Shown: piece after piece, positions 62,451 through 64,000 of the stretch
Layout of the letters: every line of letters begins with the position of its first letter
How positions within the stretch are numbered: position 1 is the first letter of the stretch
Source of the DNA: Vicugna vicugna
Lineage: Eukaryota
Length of the DNA: 64,000 nucleotides
Direction of reading: 5' to 3'
Assembly (NCBI GenBank): GCA_013265495.1
Contig: MU057947.1
Span: 1,263,070 to 1,327,069, forward strand
Made by a program: the position numbers and the translations under genes
Notes under the pieces: model-generated
Told to the model about the DNA's origin: nothing
Seen by the model: the letters and a program-made list of their open reading frames with translations, nothing else
Databases searched by the model: none

Positions 62451-64000
62451 GCATGTGTTTTTCTAACTCGTTTATCTTTCTTTTTGCCATAATGAAAAAG
62501 CTATGGACAAAAGTTACAGCTTCTACTATGTTAACGGGATTTATTCCATTTCTCCTGTTAACTGTATTGATTTCTCTTTTCTCTTTAATTTTATTTCACT
62601 GCTCTTTTTCTAAATCTCAGAGTAGATGCCTCATTTACTTACCTTGCTTCTTTACTGTTTAGTGTTCTAGGCTTTGCATGTTCCTATGAGAATGCTTTGG
62701 CATTTATCCCTGGTCGGTCTGTTGATCTTCAGTGGCCAACATGTCTGTTGACTTCTTGCTATGACACGTGCTCCCCTGCTCTCTACTGCACGCAGTGACA
62801 TTCCGAGAACTTGTGGAAACCACTGTGAGCTTTCATCATGTTCTCCCACTGGCAAGGCAGCCACAGCATGGCCCCCGGAGGCGGCCTGTCGTGGCGCGTG
62901 GCCGGGGGCGGACCACGGCAGCCCGTTGCCTTCAGTGGGGAGCCAGGAGAGAGGTGGTGAAACACCCTCCCCCCGTGAAGGAGGGAAGACTGAAGTCACC
63001 CGAATTCCCACGTCAGTTAAACTGCTTCACCTGGTTGGCTTTCCTGTGGGTCCTAAACTTGAGACATTTTGCACGTTACGTGAAGATGTGCATTTCACGT
63101 GAGTCTCCCGTGGAAGCTGTTGATGTTTCCCGAGACGGATAAAAGCTGTGATCTGTCACGGGCTCATGCACGTCTGGGATGTACCGAGGGTCGTGTTGCC
63201 GCCTCCGATCCTCAGAACAGCTCGATGGGGAGCTCCGTCATTTAGCTGTGAAAGCGAGCACCAAGGTGGCGAACTCGCCTGGGCTCAGCCTCATGTGACT
63301 CCAGGGGCTGGGATGCTTACGCCGACATTGGACCACTCTGCCCCAGGAGCACGCTTCGCTCATTTTAATATTCTGTTTCTGTTGCTCTTTTCATACCTTT
63401 GATCAGCCGCCTGGGAGAAACCCTCCAGCTGGCCGTCCAGCTCGCTGCTGGGATGCTGTCCTGTTGGTTTCTGCTCTCTCCCTCCATTGCCCTTTCAAAT
63501 TCAGCAGTCACGCTTTCCAGCTGGAAGCAATATTCCTGATTGAAGACTGACTTCATCTGAAATTGTACTCAGAAAAGTAAAAATAGGGAATATAAAATCT
63601 TCCCCTGGAGAGCGCAGCGCGCCCTTCACAGGAGGACCTCTGCAAGGACACAGACGCTGCCTTTCTCAGTTGCTAGGTCGTCATGCGGGCGTGTCCCTGT
63701 GCATTGCTCCTCTGTGTCAGCCCGGCTATGCAGAGCACTGCCGTCTGCGGTTGCCTGTTTTTGGTTTTGAGATGGGCTCTTGCACAGATGCTGAGGGATC
63801 CTGTCTCAGATCTTTCAGAATGAGGGAGCAGTTGGCTTTGGCCTCATTTTATTTGCCGAGTCAGTCTGTTGTGGGGAGGGCGGTGGATGGACGGGAGGCT
63901 CTTTGAGGTGCGACATCTTCTGCCGGTTCGTTGCTTCTCCGTGGGGGTCTGGGAGCCTCAGCGGCGTCCCCGCCCCACAGGAGCACCAGCAGTCACCACT

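Overview
Mammalian genomic DNA, non-coding as far as I can tell. The short L1 3'-end fragments (e.g. 36541-36751) resemble camelid (Vicugna/Camelus-type) L1, and no Alu or Bov-A2-type SINEs are apparent. The background is GC/CpG-rich and looks subtelomeric, interleaved with many old repeats: L1M, L2, MIR, MLT1/MLT2/LTR16-like and ERV1-like solo LTRs, and microsatellites. I cannot support any intact protein-coding exon, RNA gene or prokaryote-type system; the long ORFs look like chance products of GC-rich or low-complexity DNA, or are L1 remnants. Most old L1s lie on the minus strand, which would fit an intron of a plus-strand transcript (inference). The most notable structures are: (1) a ~440 bp inverted duplication (22024-22470 / 24092-24529) around a ~1.6 kb spacer, with a perfect 76 bp core; (2) focal AT-to-GC rewriting of old repeats, including an L1 ORF1 remnant turned into an ~85% GC CpG-island-like patch; (3) a 5'-truncated L1 with a perfect 15 bp TSD that interrupts a possible minus-strand reading frame. 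Repeat family names come from my recollection of consensus sequences, and boundaries are approximate.
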